Part shown: piece by piece, positions 38,240-49,706 of the stretch
Position numbering within the stretch: the stretch's first letter is position 1
How the letters are laid out: the number at the start of each line of letters is the position of its first letter
NCBI GenBank assembly: GCA_965219095.1
Contig: CBDCMT010000001.1
Location: 1,024,001 to 1,088,000, forward strand
Reading direction: 5' to 3'
DNA length: 64,000 nucleotides
Origin: Bdellovibrionales bacterium
GTDB lineage: Bacteria; Bdellovibrionota; Bdellovibrionia; Bdellovibrionales; UBA1609
Made by a program: the position numbers and the translations under genes
Notes under the pieces: model-generated
Seen by the model: the letters and a program-made list of their open reading frames with translations, nothing else
The model's database searches: none
Told to the model about the DNA's origin: nothing

Positions 38240-39523
38240 TTAATCCACCTTTACTCGTATAAAATTTTTTTTTCCTACTTTCAAAGTAAAATAATTCCCC
38301 GATCGAAGTGATAAACATTTTTTGTAATCCAAAATTTTTTCATTGGTTTTTACAAGATGACCTTCTTTAGATTTAACCTCTCCTTCTAAAATCAAAACAG
38401 CTCCTCCTTGAATGAGACGTCTTGCTTCCGAATTAGAAGAGGCTAGCTCTAAGAATGATAGAAGTTGGCAGATGTTTAAGTCTTTAGGTTTTACATTCAC
38501 AACCCTTACTTCCTTAGGCACTCCCTTTTTTTGAAAGATGGTCTCAAACTCCTCTTCGGCCTTCAAAGCTTCCTTTTTTCCATAAAATCTTGTTACAAAA
38601 AATTTTGCTAAATTCACTTTGACCTTTCGTGGATGCAATTGTGATGAGTTAAGGCCCCTTTTTAACTCTTCTAATTCCTTCACTGTTTTATCAGTTAAAA
38701 GCTCATAATAGCACAACATAAGGTCATCGGAAAGCTTCATAGTTTTTCCAAACATCTCTTTAGGAGGGTCGTTAAGAGCTATATAGTTGTCGTAGCTTTT
38801 TGACATCTTTCTTATACCATCTAGACCTTCTAGCAAAGGAACTGTCATAATACACTGTGAGCTTTGTCCATAATGTTTTTGTAAAACTCGTCCTACGAGA
38901 AGATTAAAAATCTGATCCCCTCCCCCTAATTCCACATCAGCTTTTAAAATCACAGAATCATAGCCTTGCACTAAGGGATAGAGAAATTCGTGAATTGATA
39001 TAGGGATTTCGTTTTCAAAACGTCTTTTGAAATCCTCTCTTTCTAACATACGGGCTACTGTGTACTGACTAGTTAAGTGAATCATATCTTTTAAATTCAT
39101 TTTTGAGAACCACTCAGAATTATAACATGTTTTTGTTTTTTTGCGATCTAAAACTTTAAATACTTGATCTTCATAAGTTTGAGAATTTTTTTTTAAAATT
39201 TCTTTAGTTAAAAGAGGGCGGGTTTTGTTTCTTCCTGTGGGATCACCTATGAGAGCTGTAAAATCTCCGATAAGAAAGATTGCTTCATGACCTAAGTCTT
39301 GCCAAACTTTCATTTTTTGTAATAAAACGACATGGCCTAAATGAAGATCGGGATTAGAAGGATCAAAACCTGCTTTAATTCTTAATGGTCTTTTTTCTTT
39401 ATAACTTTTTTTTAATTTATCAAGAAGTTCTTTTTCTGAAACAACATCGAGAATTCCTTTTTTAAGTTCTTTGAGTTGGTCTTCAGGTCTTAGTTTAAAC
39501 ATACTATCTTGCAAACTCGACAA
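38240..39523 (-). CDS. tyrS: Tyrosine--tRNA ligase
   Basis: GFDP...LHLGH, GGGDQ.FN, KMSKS, C-terminal S4; true start may be 39502. Confidence 0.96.
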   Translation of the reverse strand: MSSLQDSMFKLRPEDQLKELKKGILDVVSEKELLDKLKKSYKEKRPLRIKAGFDPSNPDLHLGHVVLLQKMKVWQDLGHEAIFLIGDFTALIGDPTGRNKTRPLLTKEILKKNSQTYEDQVFKVLDRKKTKTCYNSEWFSKMNLKDMIHLTSQYTVARMLEREDFKRRFENEIPISIHEFLYPLVQGYDSVILKADVELGGGDQIFNLLVGRVLQKHYGQSSQCIMTVPLLEGLDGIRKMSKSYDNYIALNDPPKEMFGKTMKLSDDLMLCYYELLTDKTVKELEELKRGLNSSQLHPRKVKVNLAKFFVTRFYGKKEALKAEEEFETIFQKKGVPKEVRVVNVKPKDLNICQLLSFLELASSNSEARRLIQGGAVLILEGEVKSKEGHLVKTNEKILDYKKCLSLRSGNYFTLKVGKKNFIRVKVD

Positions 39524-41102
39524 TACGATTTTCTCTCAAAACAGAGATCTTGATTTCTTTAGAGTAATTTAATTGTTTTTCAATTTTCTTAGCAATATCG
39601 TAGCTTAAAACAACAATCTGTTCATCCGTTACAACCCCGCTATCTACGATCACACGAATCTCTTTTCCTGCTTGAATGGCATACGTTTTTTCAACACCGT
39701 CAAAACTATTACCTATGGATTCTAAATCTTGTAATCTTTTAACAAATTGCTGAAACTGGGAGCGTCTAGCTCCGGGGCGGTTTTTTGAAAGGTTATTGGC
39801 TACTTGAACAATATGGGCTAATAAAGTGTCAGGATTTTCCATAGAGAGTAAAGAATCGTCTTCATGATAGGCTATAGCATAACAAACTTCAGGAGTTTCT
39901 CCTTGTTTAGAGGCAAAGTCAGATCCTGCTTGAGGGTGGCTTCCTTCATAAGTGTGATCTAAAGCATGCCCTATGTCGTGAAAAAGACCTGCTCTTTTAG
40001 CTAAAGCTTCTTTATAACCTAATTCTTTAGCAATTAAACCGGAAATAAAAGCCACCTCTATGCTATGTTCTAAAAGGTTTTGTGTTTCACGATGGCGGTA
40101 TTTTAAAGTTCCCAACAACTCAGAGATCGCAACAGGCACATCTAAAACTCCTAATTCAAAAGACGCTTGCTCCCCTTCTTGTTTGATGTCGGAAATAAGC
40201 TTGCCTTTGACCTTGTTAACAACCTCTTCTATACGAGCTGGATGAACTCTACCGTCTGCAATTAAAGTATCTAAGGCCAAACGAGCCACTTCTCTGCGAA
40301 CAGGATCAAAACTAGAAATGATCACACTATCAGTGGTCTCATCCAAAAACATATCCACACCACAAGAGGCTTCCATGGCTCTTATGTTACGTCCTTCTCG
40401 ACCAATAATGCGTCCTTTCACTTCACTTTCCCTAGAAATGGGTACTGTGGTTGAGGTTCTTTCAATACACACATCAGCCGAATAACGGGAGATGCTTTTA
40501 GTTAAGATATCCAAGGCTTTCTTACGAGCTTCTTGTTTGATTTTTATTTCATCTTCGAGCATCTTTTGACTTGCCATCTGTTTAGCGTCTTTTTCGACAA
40601 GTTGCCTTAACTCTCTCATAGCTTCTTCTTTCGTAAGGTTAGCTCTTTTTTCAAGTTTATCTTGCAGATCTTGAATCATTTTTTCAGCTTGTTGGTTGAG
40701 TTTTTGTACATAGGCTTCGGTTTGTTTAGCTTTTTGCTGTCTTTCCGAAAGGGCTTCGTGTTTTTGTTCAAGCTCTTGTTCTTTTCTCTTATAGTTTTTT
40801 TCTAAACGAATCTCTTTTTCTTTCAAATTTGTTTGTAGGTTTTTTACTTTTTGCCTTTCAGCTTGTGCTTCTTGTTCTATATTGCGACGAATGCGTCTAT
40901 CAAAGTCTTTGGCCTTTTTCTCAGCATTTTTTTCAATTCTCAAAGCTTGAGAGCGGGCTTTATCTATAACTCGATTAAACTCTTTACGTACTTTTCTGGA
41001 GCGTTTTTTAGACTGTATGCGATCATAAAAGAAAAACATAACTGCACAAAACAAAACACCTAGAAAAAATCCCAACTGAGAAAACCAACTTAAGAAATCC
41101 AT
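39504..41102 (-). CDS. rny: Ribonuclease Y
   Basis: N-terminal TM, coiled coil, [18 protein letters not shown] domain HDIG. Confidence 0.95.
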   Translation of the reverse strand: MDFLSWFSQLGFFLGVLFCAVMFFFYDRIQSKKRSRKVRKEFNRVIDKARSQALRIEKNAEKKAKDFDRRIRRNIEQEAQAERQKVKNLQTNLKEKEIRLEKNYKRKEQELEQKHEALSERQQKAKQTEAYVQKLNQQAEKMIQDLQDKLEKRANLTKEEAMRELRQLVEKDAKQMASQKMLEDEIKIKQEARKKALDILTKSISRYSADVCIERTSTTVPISRESEVKGRIIGREGRNIRAMEASCGVDMFLDETTDSVIISSFDPVRREVARLALDTLIADGRVHPARIEEVVNKVKGKLISDIKQEGEQASFELGVLDVPVAISELLGTLKYRHRETQNLLEHSIEVAFISGLIAKELGYKEALAKRAGLFHDIGHALDHTYEGSHPQAGSDFASKQGETPEVCYAIAYHEDDSLLSMENPDTLLAHIVQVANNLSKNRPGARRSQFQQFVKRLQDLESIGNSFDGVEKTYAIQAGKEIRVIVDSGVVTDEQIVVLSYDIAKKIEKQLNYSKEIKISVLRENRIVEFAR

Positions 41103-41677
41103 CTTTTTTCTCTTCCATTTTCTTTTTCTATTTTGAGCAGATAATTCTCTGTTACAAGATAATCCATAAGAACGTCATGAGTTTCAAAGGGTAAGTCTTC
41201 TTCTGAAACCTGATCCGAAAAACAAAAACCTGCTTTAAGTCCTTTGTAATGTTCTAAGGCCCTGTCATAAAAACCTTGCCCATTTCCTAAACGACGCCCC
41301 TTTTTGTCAAAAGCTATCCCTGGGACTACCACCAAATAACAATTCTTCACATCTATAAGAGAGCCTGTATGAAGGGCGGGCTCTTTGAATCCTAGTTTAT
41401 TCTTTTCTAACTTAGAGTGAATGTAAAAATCAAGATTTTGAGCCTTTCTTCTAGGGTAGGCCCAAATGATAGAGGAATCTAAGGAGGATACCATAAGCTT
41501 AGCTTCTATATCTTTAGGACAGTAGGTCGCACATATGAGTTCTTTTTCAGAAGGTAGAAGCTTGGATAAAAACTGAGTTAAGGAGAGATGAATCGATTCT
41601 AGACAGCTTTTATGGCTTTCTATAAAACTCATTCGCTTTTTTAAAAAACTCTTTCTAACAGATTCTTTTTCTGCCAT
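41090..41677 (-). CDS. 5-formyltetrahydrofolate cyclo-ligase
   Basis: VVPGIAFD..G.RLG.G.GFYDR, HDV.MD. Confidence 0.92.
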   Translation of the reverse strand: MAEKESVRKSFLKKRMSFIESHKSCLESIHLSLTQFLSKLLPSEKELICATYCPKDIEAKLMVSSLDSSIIWAYPRRKAQNLDFYIHSKLEKNKLGFKEPALHTGSLIDVKNCYLVVVPGIAFDKKGRRLGNGQGFYDRALEHYKGLKAGFCFSDQVSEEDLPFETHDVLMDYLVTENYLLKIEKENGREKRWIS

Positions 41678-41713
41678 AGATGATTTTCCTCATTTTAAAA
41701 AAAGAAGAGATCA

Positions 41714-42019
41714 TTAAATTTCTACTTCTTTTTCTAAAGGGGCTTTTTCTATTTGTGACAGAATTTCTAGAGTTTGTTTTTGAAGGTTTTGTAATTCAGC
41801 TTTTGTGGAGGTTTTTAAAAGAAAATACTCTTCTGCTAAGTGAAGAGCAGCTAAAGTTAAGGCATTTTGGTAGGAAACACCAGACGCCTGTGCTTGCTGA
41901 ACTTTATCATTAACAAGCTGAACCATTTTATTAACCGTCCTTTCATCATGAGATGAACGTAGAGAAAAATGTAAATCTCCTATTTTAACTTCATAAACTT
42001 TTTTATTCCCAGAAGGCAT
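41714..42019 (-). CDS. zapA: Cell division protein ZapA
   Basis: V.I....SL, LAALHLAEE, coiled coil; conserved zapA-cyclo-ligase-rny order. Confidence 0.85.
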   Translation of the reverse strand: MPSGNKKVYEVKIGDLHFSLRSSHDERTVNKMVQLVNDKVQQAQASGVSYQNALTLAALHLAEEYFLLKTSTKAELQNLQKQTLEILSQIEKAPLEKEVEI

Positions 42020-42361
42020 AAATTAACCTCAATTTGAATTCTGAAAACAAGTAGGACTCCTAGCCCCGCTTTTTTCTTATATCATATGTTACTTACCTCT
42101 TTAAAGACTAAATGAATTTCTAAAAAAAATCAACAAACAGCTTTAAGCTCCCTACTTTTGTAAGACTTTAGAGCTTTTTTAGCTTCTAGAAGGAGAAGAG
42201 GGTTTTTCGAGAAAAGCATGACATTGAGCGAAATGTATCAAATTGAGATGTCGCACAAAATTTTAACGACTGTCTAAAGTCTAAGTGCTTAAAATAAAAT
42301 AAACCCCCTTCTAGCTAGGAATAAAACTTGCAGGTAATAAAAGAAAGAAGAGGGGATAGTT

Positions 42362-43351
42362 ATGAAACAAGAACAAGCACTGATTATAATTTTAGCTGTA
42401 ATCATAAGCCTTCTTTTCTTTCAAAACTGCTCAAGCTCTTATCCTGTAGGAGAAAGTAGTCATCTCTCAGAGGTTGAAATTACTCCTGGTCCTGATACTG
42501 ATGAGAATAATGAGGATGATTTTAGCATTGATATTGATGATATTGGTGATGGTCCTATAACAGATAAGGGGGTTTCATTACTTCCTAAAGATTTGAAAAA
42601 TTTAACAGCTACTCTTCTTTTAGAATCTCCCGAAGATTGCGAAAGAACTTGTAAAGAACAACAATGTCTCGGTACTGTTGATGAAAACAGTGAGCAACTC
42701 CTTCAAGCTTGCTTAGCTAATGTTGAGAATTGTGAAAACAATCTTATCAAAACCTGCATCCAAGAAAGCATAACTACTTGTAGTAGAGATAAGGGTTTAT
42801 GCCGTCCTTTAAAAATTCACCCTGATCCTTATACACTAGAGAGTTTTACAGTTCCTGGTGGTTACAGAAAAGCACAAGTCGTAGTAGAACATTGTACAGA
42901 CCGTAATGATGTGTTGGTTATTGAAGGTCCTTATTTTTATTTTAAAACTCTTAACTCTGGAGATCTTTGGAACGCTCGTTTTGGAGCTAATGTAGGACGA
43001 GGCCCTCGCTGTAAAAAAGAAGGGCTTTTAGATATTGCAAAAGTGAGAATACGAACTACGGATACTAATGGCAAATTTCATTCTGAAAAAGAATACATAT
43101 GGAAGTCTCCTGCTTATCTATCTTTTCCTATGACAAACAGAATGATTACTGATATGGACGATTCAGAACCTGTATTTGCTCATTATAAGGGTGCAGTAGG
43201 CCCTGGAGCAAAACTTCATAAAATCTATGACAACTATCATCTTAAAGGACAGCTTTCTTTTATTATGGAATACATCTTTTGGTATGATCCTAAATACACA
43301 ACAATCTTTGATTTTTACTACAAGAAAAAATCTAATACCGTTTCTAACTAA
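42362..43351 (+). CDS. Cys-rich lipoprotein with FQNC lipobox
   Basis: LLFFQNCS, acidic linker, Cys-rich block. Confidence 0.7.
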   Translation: MKQEQALIIILAVIISLLFFQNCSSSYPVGESSHLSEVEITPGPDTDENNEDDFSIDIDDIGDGPITDKGVSLLPKDLKNLTATLLLESPEDCERTCKEQQCLGTVDENSEQLLQACLANVENCENNLIKTCIQESITTCSRDKGLCRPLKIHPDPYTLESFTVPGGYRKAQVVVEHCTDRNDVLVIEGPYFYFKTLNSGDLWNARFGANVGRGPRCKKEGLLDIAKVRIRTTDTNGKFHSEKEYIWKSPAYLSFPMTNRMITDMDDSEPVFAHYKGAVGPGAKLHKIYDNYHLKGQLSFIMEYIFWYDPKYTTIFDFYYKKKSNTVSN

Positions 43352-43594
43352 TTGTAAAAAACTTCATAAAGCATCTATGAAAAGGTATGCAAGAGAAAAC
43401 AGCTCTCCATTTACAAAAAAGACATTTTTTTTCATACGGTCACAGAACTGTCTAGATCACCAAGGCTGTCTTTCTGACACTAACTCTTTTTTTATTGATT
43501 GTCTATAATCTATTCCTATTATTCGTCTATTTTAACTCTCTGGGCTTTAAGAGCATAAAAATTAAGAAAGAAGCATTTCATGGCGAGTGGAATT

Positions 43595-43788
43595 ATAAAA
43601 TACTATCCCACTAAAAGTGTCTAAGTTATTTTTTAACAGTTACTTACTGGCTTTAGAGAGATTAACGTTGAGAACGGAGTTACACGATTTAGTTTACCCA
43701 TTTTATGGAGTTGGTGGAGTATCACATTTTAACGTTCCATTAGGTTCAAAACCCTTTACAAATTTACCTGGGGCACAGTCTCCTCCCT
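43595..43788. repeat. Left copy (194 bp) of long direct repeat flanking IS1634
   Basis: Matches 48726-48928 except for one 9-bp unit. Confidence 0.93.
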
Positions 43789-45322
43789 CCTGACTTCGAC
43801 ACAACACAGTGAGTTAAAAAAAAATATTTCCGTTCTTTTGCCTCTAGTTTTTAGTTGAAGGAGTTATACACAGGTTTTAGGTTGTTTCTGTGGCCCCGGC
43901 CCATTTTACAAGTTTGCAAAAGTTGTTTAGCCTTTTTAAAGAATGTTTGTAAAAGTAACATCAAAGTCTAAGGGTAAAAAAAGTGTACGGATTGTAGAGT
44001 CTGTTTGGCTTAAGGGGAAGTGTGTACAAAAGACCATTCGTTCTATGGGTATTTTTGCAAGCGATAAGGAAGTTAAAAAAGCTAAGAAGTTAGCAGAAGA
44101 GTTGATCATAGACATTAAGAATCAAAGAAATCCTGTGCTTCCAGGTTGTGAGAAGCTAGTTTATGGTAGAAGGCCTAAGGAGAAGAAGAAAGAGAAGAAA
44201 AGAAAGAGTGAGAAAGATTTCCAGTTTTCAGGCAGTATTTTAGAGGAGAAAAAGCGTGTTGTTTGTGGTATTGAGAAAGTTTTTAATGAGCTTTATGCTG
44301 AGTTAGGTTTTGGAAATTTGATTGAGGGTACAAAGAAAGATTTAGAGTGGAATGATATTTTAAAGCACTGTGTTTTATCAAGAGTTTTTAATCCAGAATC
44401 AAAAAGAGGTAGTGTAGAAACACTTTTTGAAGATTTTAACCGACAGATTCCTTTAGAGAAAGTTTATAGGGCTATGGATCGGTTTCATCCTTTCATTGAG
44501 ACATCGAAGAAAAAGGTATCTGAGAACACGAGGATGTCCCATTTCTCGGTGGAATTAGTTAGAGGGCGATTTCATGTTTAAGCGACCTTTCTTTGTTTAA
44601 CAATGAGGTGGATGTTTTGCTTTATGATGTGACGACCTTGTATTTTGAGAGCTTCTCAGAGGATGAGATTCGCAGGTTTGGTTTTAGTAAAGATTGTAAA
44701 TTTAAAGAGACACAGGTTGTTTTGGCACTTATGACAAACTCACAAGGCCATCCTATAAGCTATGAACTTTTTCCGGGCAATACAAGTGAGGGGGCTACAC
44801 TGGTAGAGTCTATAAATAAGCTAAAGACTCGTTTTAATGTAAGAAGAGCTGTTTTAGTAGCTGATAGAGCTATGTTTGTAAGAAAGAATTTAGAGACTAT
44901 GGATAAGATGGGGATAGAGTATGTTGTGGCTGCAAAGTTAAAATCCCTTTCTAGCAAGAAAAAAGAAGAGGTTTTAAGTTATAAAAACTATAAGCCCACC
45001 CAAGTGGCTTGTGATACATCTCATCTTTTTTGGGTGAAAGAGCTAGAGCATGAAGGAAAAAGATTGATAGTCAGTTATTCAAACAAAAGAGCCAAAAGAG
45101 ATCAAAATCAAAGAGAGCGTTTGATCAATCGTTTGATGAAGAAAGTAAGAAACAAGGAGATTCCTGTGAGTCATACCATTTCCAAAAATTAATTCGACAT
45201 TCTTTTAACGCATAGCGTCCTGGCTTTTTGATCAAACTCTGTTAAATTTTTAGAGTGTCGAAAAAAGATTTAGTTACACAAATTCAAGGGTATGATTTTC
45301 TAGCTACTTACAAAGTAGAAAG

Positions 45323-46855
45323 GTAACTGCTCACTCTCGTAAGTTTTTATTTAAAGCCATAGAGATGGCTTCTAAAGAAGAATACCCTCTATTTCTCATT
45401 GTTTTAACATAGCTGGTAATACGACAAAAATATTTCGCCATTTCTTCTGTTCTGAAACACCCTGACACTTTCTTTTTCACTTTAGTCATTCTTAGATCTC
45501 TTTCAGCTCTGTTATTAGTAGGATCTACGTTCTTTCTTTTAGCAAAGCACAGTATTTCTGCTTCATACTTTTTAAATCGCAGCCAAAGGTTTTGAGCTTG
45601 TGTATGCTTTATTCGTCCTTTCTTGCCATTTTTCTTAGGAAATTCTGGAAGCTCTTTTAAGCCTTTTGTAAGAATACTCCTATACCTTCTCTGAAGAGTT
45701 TCGTACTCTTTTTGAGTCAGAACTCTTGACTCTTTTTTATGAACTAACTCCACAGTCTCTTTAAGAAGTTTTTTGAGATTTGTAGCCCATTTGAATCCAT
45801 TGCTTTCTTCTATAAATTTAAGCTCTCTCAAAAGGTGAGCCACACACAAAGCATGAGTTATCTTATCATAACAAAAGTAAGGACTCCAACAATCATGCAC
45901 AAGCACTCCTGCATATCTATCCAAGAGACCAATATCTTTTATGGCTTCCCTTCCACCTGAAAGGTGGAGAAACTGCAAGACTAATTCTCCTGAACTATAA
46001 GTATGAATCCAGTAGTTTTTACCCTTAACCCTCATAGAGGTCTCATCAACATGAATGACCTCTGATTCAAGTATCTTTTCTTTCATCTGCTCTTCCCAAC
46101 TTTTAAGAAACTCTCCTAATTCAGCAATGTATCTCAACATAACTGCAGGAGAAATCATTCGACCTATAAGCCCCATGTAATGTTCCCCAACACGCTCTAA
46201 AAGACAGCATCTGAACTATAATGAAATTGATGATGGAAGCTCTAATGCCTACACCATACTGAAGAGGACCACTCATACCTTTAGGGAATTGACCTTTATT
46301 TCTAGCTCCACATGAGGGACAATCCTTAACCTCAGAAGTTACAGTATGGGTCTGAATTTCATAAAAAATATCAATCTTTTTACGCTTCTCAAGGCTTTTT
46401 ACCTCTGCTGTCTTTAAAAACATCCCACACTGAGAACACTCTGAGGGAGAGACAGTCTCCTCACTGTTTGTATCTTTACTGTTATCAAGTCTAGAACCCT
46501 TTTTCTGACTCCCACTAGCTTTCTTATTACGATTCCCTTGACGACTAAAATCTTGCGAAGGAGGAAGACCGCTGTTGCTGGAATTTTTTCGAACCTGTTT
46601 TTCTAAAAACACAACAATCAGAATGTTCACAACCTTAAAGAGAGATTCAACAATCACAGAAATCTCAGTAGGCACAGAACCTTTCTTTGCAAACTTATCA
46701 AAGTCACTTCTTATATTTTTAATCTCATTTCTGATGGAGGTCTTATTTATTGTCATTTGAAAAAAGTATTTAAAAGAAAATCTGTAAGAGCAAGACTTTT
46801 ATCTTAAAACAGGTCTAAAGTTAGGGATAACTGAACAATGTAGGTGAGCAGTTAC
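45323..46855 (-). mobile_element. IS66-family element (copy 2)
   Basis: Termini gtaactgctcac/gtgagcagttac; 8-bp TSD gtagaaag at 45315-45322 and 46856-46863. Confidence 0.93.
45331..46756 (-). CDS. IS66 transposase in two overlapping frames (46121-46756 and 45331-46176)
   Basis: KNSSNSGLPPSQD, Zn finger, DDE_Tnp_IS66 motifs; frameshift at tctttt-aga near 46200. Confidence 0.85.
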
Positions 46856-48725
46856 GTAGAAAGAAGTGCCAACATCAAGATAAAACTCCAAGCTTTGCAG
46901 CATATGCAAGAAGGAAAATCGATTCAAGAAACAGCAAGTATAGTTTTCTATCACCGTCACAGTATCAAATCCTGGTTACAGTCTTTTTTTGTAGACTTTG
47001 ATTACGAGGGATTGATAGATCGAGAAGGCAGAGGGCGCAAGCCTCGTTTACCAGTGACAGAAGAAGAGAACTTCAAAATCAAGTTAGATGAAATTCAAGA
47101 CAAGAGAGAAGGAGGAAGCATAGGAGCAAAGGGAATACAGGAACTTTTAGCAAATGAATTTGACTGTTGCTATTCTCTTTCTGGGGTTTATGTTTCTTTA
47201 GACCGTCTTAATATTGTATGGATCAGTGGTCGTTCTCTTCATCCTAAAAGTTCACAAGAAGCTATGGAACAGTTTAAGGAACATTTTCCAGAAGAGGTGG
47301 AGAAAATAAAGGAAAAGATTCAGACTAATAAAATAGAGATTTGGTGGCAGGATGAATGCAGAATAAGCTCAGCAAGGTTCTTTAAGCAGGATTTGGGCAA
47401 GAAAAGGCACACGGCCTAGAGTTGTGAGGCAAAGACAATTTTTATCCACTTATATTTTTGGAGCAGTTTGTCCGGATAGAGATAAAGGCTGTGCTTGGAT
47501 CTTACCGGAATGTAATTCAGGGATGATGCAAATTCACTTAGATGAGATATCTAAAAATATTCAAGAAAACTATCATGGAATTGTTTTAATGGACAGAGCC
47601 AGTTGGCATACCACAGAGACTTTGATAGTTCCTAAGAATTTATCCCTGATGCCTTTACCTCCTTATAGTCCAGAATTAAATCCCATGGAACAAGTCTGGC
47701 AACAATTACGAAGGATCAAATTATCGAATGCATGTTTTAAAAACTATGACCATATAGTGAATACTTGTTGTGAGGCCTGGAATACTTTTTGCGATCAGGA
47801 GGGCAGGATTAAAAAATTATGCACTCGATCTTGGGCAAAACAACAAGATGAATCAAGCTTGTAAATTAATTTGAACCTATAAATTAAATTGCGTAACTGA
47901 TTTTTTTCATTTTACATCTTAACCTCACTTTTTTACACTTATTTTAACCCATCAATCGATTCACACAACAATAGATATACATAAAATAAACATATCTTAT
48001 GAAAACTCAACCTCCCTTCAAAAAAAACTTTTTTAAAGCCTCCTAATTGAAACTTTTCCTTAAGTCAATTTTAAAATTTTAAATTTGAACATAAAAATGT
48101 CGAATTAATTTCTGTAATTGGTATCAGTTGATCTCCAATCATGGGACCAAACGTTTTATTAAAGTTGACAATGTGAAAGTGAGCATAGATGAGGAGAAAA
48201 TAGAAAAAGAAGCTTTGTGGGACGGTCTTCACGGAATTATAACAAATGTTCAAAACAAGACAGCCAGTGAGCTTTTAAGTCGTTACAGAAGTCTTTGGAG
48301 AATAGAAGAGGCTTTTAGAGTGAATAAGACGACGTTAAAGATGAGGCCTGTTTATCATTGGAAAAAAAGAAGAATAGAAACTCACATTGCCATTTGTTTT
48401 TTAGCCTATGCGATCTCTTACACAATGGTTTATAAACTCAAACAAGCAGGACTTAATTTAAGCTTTGAAAGAATGAGAAAGATCTTAAAAAGAGATCAGT
48501 ACAGTATTTTAGAAGAAAAAAAGACGAAAAAACTTTATCGCCTTCCCTCAGGTTGTACAAAGGAAGTAGAAGAAATTTATAGTGCTTTTTCGCTTAAAAG
48601 AAACTCTTCTATGAGCCTCATTCCCACAACATCTGTCGACCTTTAAAAAACCCTTTCCTGTGGCCCCAAAAATTGTAACTATTTGAAATTATTCACTTGT
48701 TGCAGTGTGTTGTGTCGAAGTCAGG

Positions 48726-48928
48726 ATAAAATACTATCCCACTAAAAGTGTCTAAGTTATTTTTTAACAGTTACTTACTGGCTTTAGAGAGATTAACGTT
48801 GAGAACGGAGTTACACGATTTAGTTTACCCATTTTATGGAGTTGGTGGAGTTGGTGGAGTATCACATTTTAACGTTCCATTAGGTTCAAAACCCTTTACA
48901 AATTTACCTGGGGCACAGTCTCCTCCCT
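48726..48928. repeat. Right copy (203 bp) of long direct repeat flanking IS1634
   Basis: Begins immediately after the right TIR; has one extra ggagttggt unit. Confidence 0.93.
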
Positions 48929-49529
48929 GTAGTCCGCAATGGATGATCACTCCGTTGGAGTCTGTTGTCACAAATAGTCGTATATCATTGTTTACTACTT
49001 TATTTCCCCCACCTACTTTTAGATATTTTATTTTAAGTCTAAGCCTTACTGTTCCTCTTGCAAAAGATGGTGGAGTGGAATGAGGGAAAGTGTCAGAGGA
49101 GTTTATTGTACGAATGTTCATAACGTCGATCAAAAGAATATTGTTATTACCACCATGCCTTGATCCTGTAACAATGACTGGTCGGTTTTCCCTATCTCTA
49201 ATTCCGTCTATTTTTCTGTTATCGTAGTCACCACTCTGAGGTATAACATATTGCTCTAGACTCTCGATGTCGTTAGGGTTGTTGGTATCCTTTCTTCTTT
49301 TTGTAAATGTTTTTGTACATGCCTCTGGTTCCATCAGATATGAAAGAACTTCTCTTTTAAGATCTATTTGAGCCAACCTTGCTTCTAAAAAGTTAATGGC
49401 TATTTGCTGATTGTTCATCATTGTCATAAAGCCTGAAGTCAAAATAGAGAGGATGACTAAAGCAACCATCACTTCAATAAGAGAGAAGCCTTTAAAAGAG
49501 GTGCATTGATCTTTGATACTTGCGTTCAT
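48834..49529 (-). CDS. Prepilin-type N-methylation domain protein
   Basis: KG|FSLIEVMVAL type III signal; C-terminal Cys loop and TPP repeats. Confidence 0.88.
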   Translation of the reverse strand: MNASIKDQCTSFKGFSLIEVMVALVILSILTSGFMTMMNNQQIAINFLEARLAQIDLKREVLSYLMEPEACTKTFTKRRKDTNNPNDIESLEQYVIPQSGDYDNRKIDGIRDRENRPVIVTGSRHGGNNNILLIDVMNIRTINSSDTFPHSTPPSFARGTVRLRLKIKYLKVGGGNKVVNNDIRLFVTTDSNGVIIHCGLQGGDCAPGKFVKGFEPNGTLKCDTPPTPPTP

Positions 49530-49607
49530 TAGCTTACTTATACTATACTATAAATCAAGAAAAAATAAAAATAAAAAAAGTAATTTTTGAAATAAGTACG
49601 TTTGGTA

Positions 49608-49681
49608 TATAGTGAATACGCTTAGATTTTCCTGTCGATTTTCTAGAGAAAAACCCTGAAGACCTAAACGGAAGCACTATA
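49608..49681. mobile_element. 74-bp IS630-derived MITE (including TA flanks)
   Basis: Right end 25/26 identical to 1018-1043; left end tatagtgaatacgcttagattttc is its imperfect inverted copy. Confidence 0.8.
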
Positions 49682-49706
49682 TAATCTTTTAATGTGTATG
49701 ATACGC

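Larger units (their letters stand above)
45255..47864 (+). pseudogene. IS630 transposase interrupted by IS66 and frameshifted near 47365
   Basis: GTG start MSKKDLVTQIQGYDFLATYKVER|SANIK..., WWQDE, MDRASWH, LPPYSPELNPMEQVW. Confidence 0.88.
45174..48123 (+). mobile_element. IS630-family element nested in IS1634
   Basis: TIRs taccatttccaaaaattaattcgacatt / aatgtcgaattaatttctgtaattggta; tca duplicated at 45171-45173 and 48124-48126. Confidence 0.88.
43943..48646 (+). pseudogene. IS1634 transposase in three pieces (43943-44530, 44587-45173, 48127-48646)
   Basis: YDVTTLYFES, FGFSKD, VADRAM, Y..LWRIEEAFR..K..L..RPVYHW. Confidence 0.9.
43789..48725 (+). mobile_element. IS1634-family element carrying nested IS630 and IS66
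   Basis: TIRs cctgacttcgacacaacac / gtgttgtgtcgaagtcagg. Confidence 0.92.

Noticed and set aside
48748..49083. Plus-strand 111-aa ORF
   Set aside because: Antisense to the prepilin gene; no recognisable motif.
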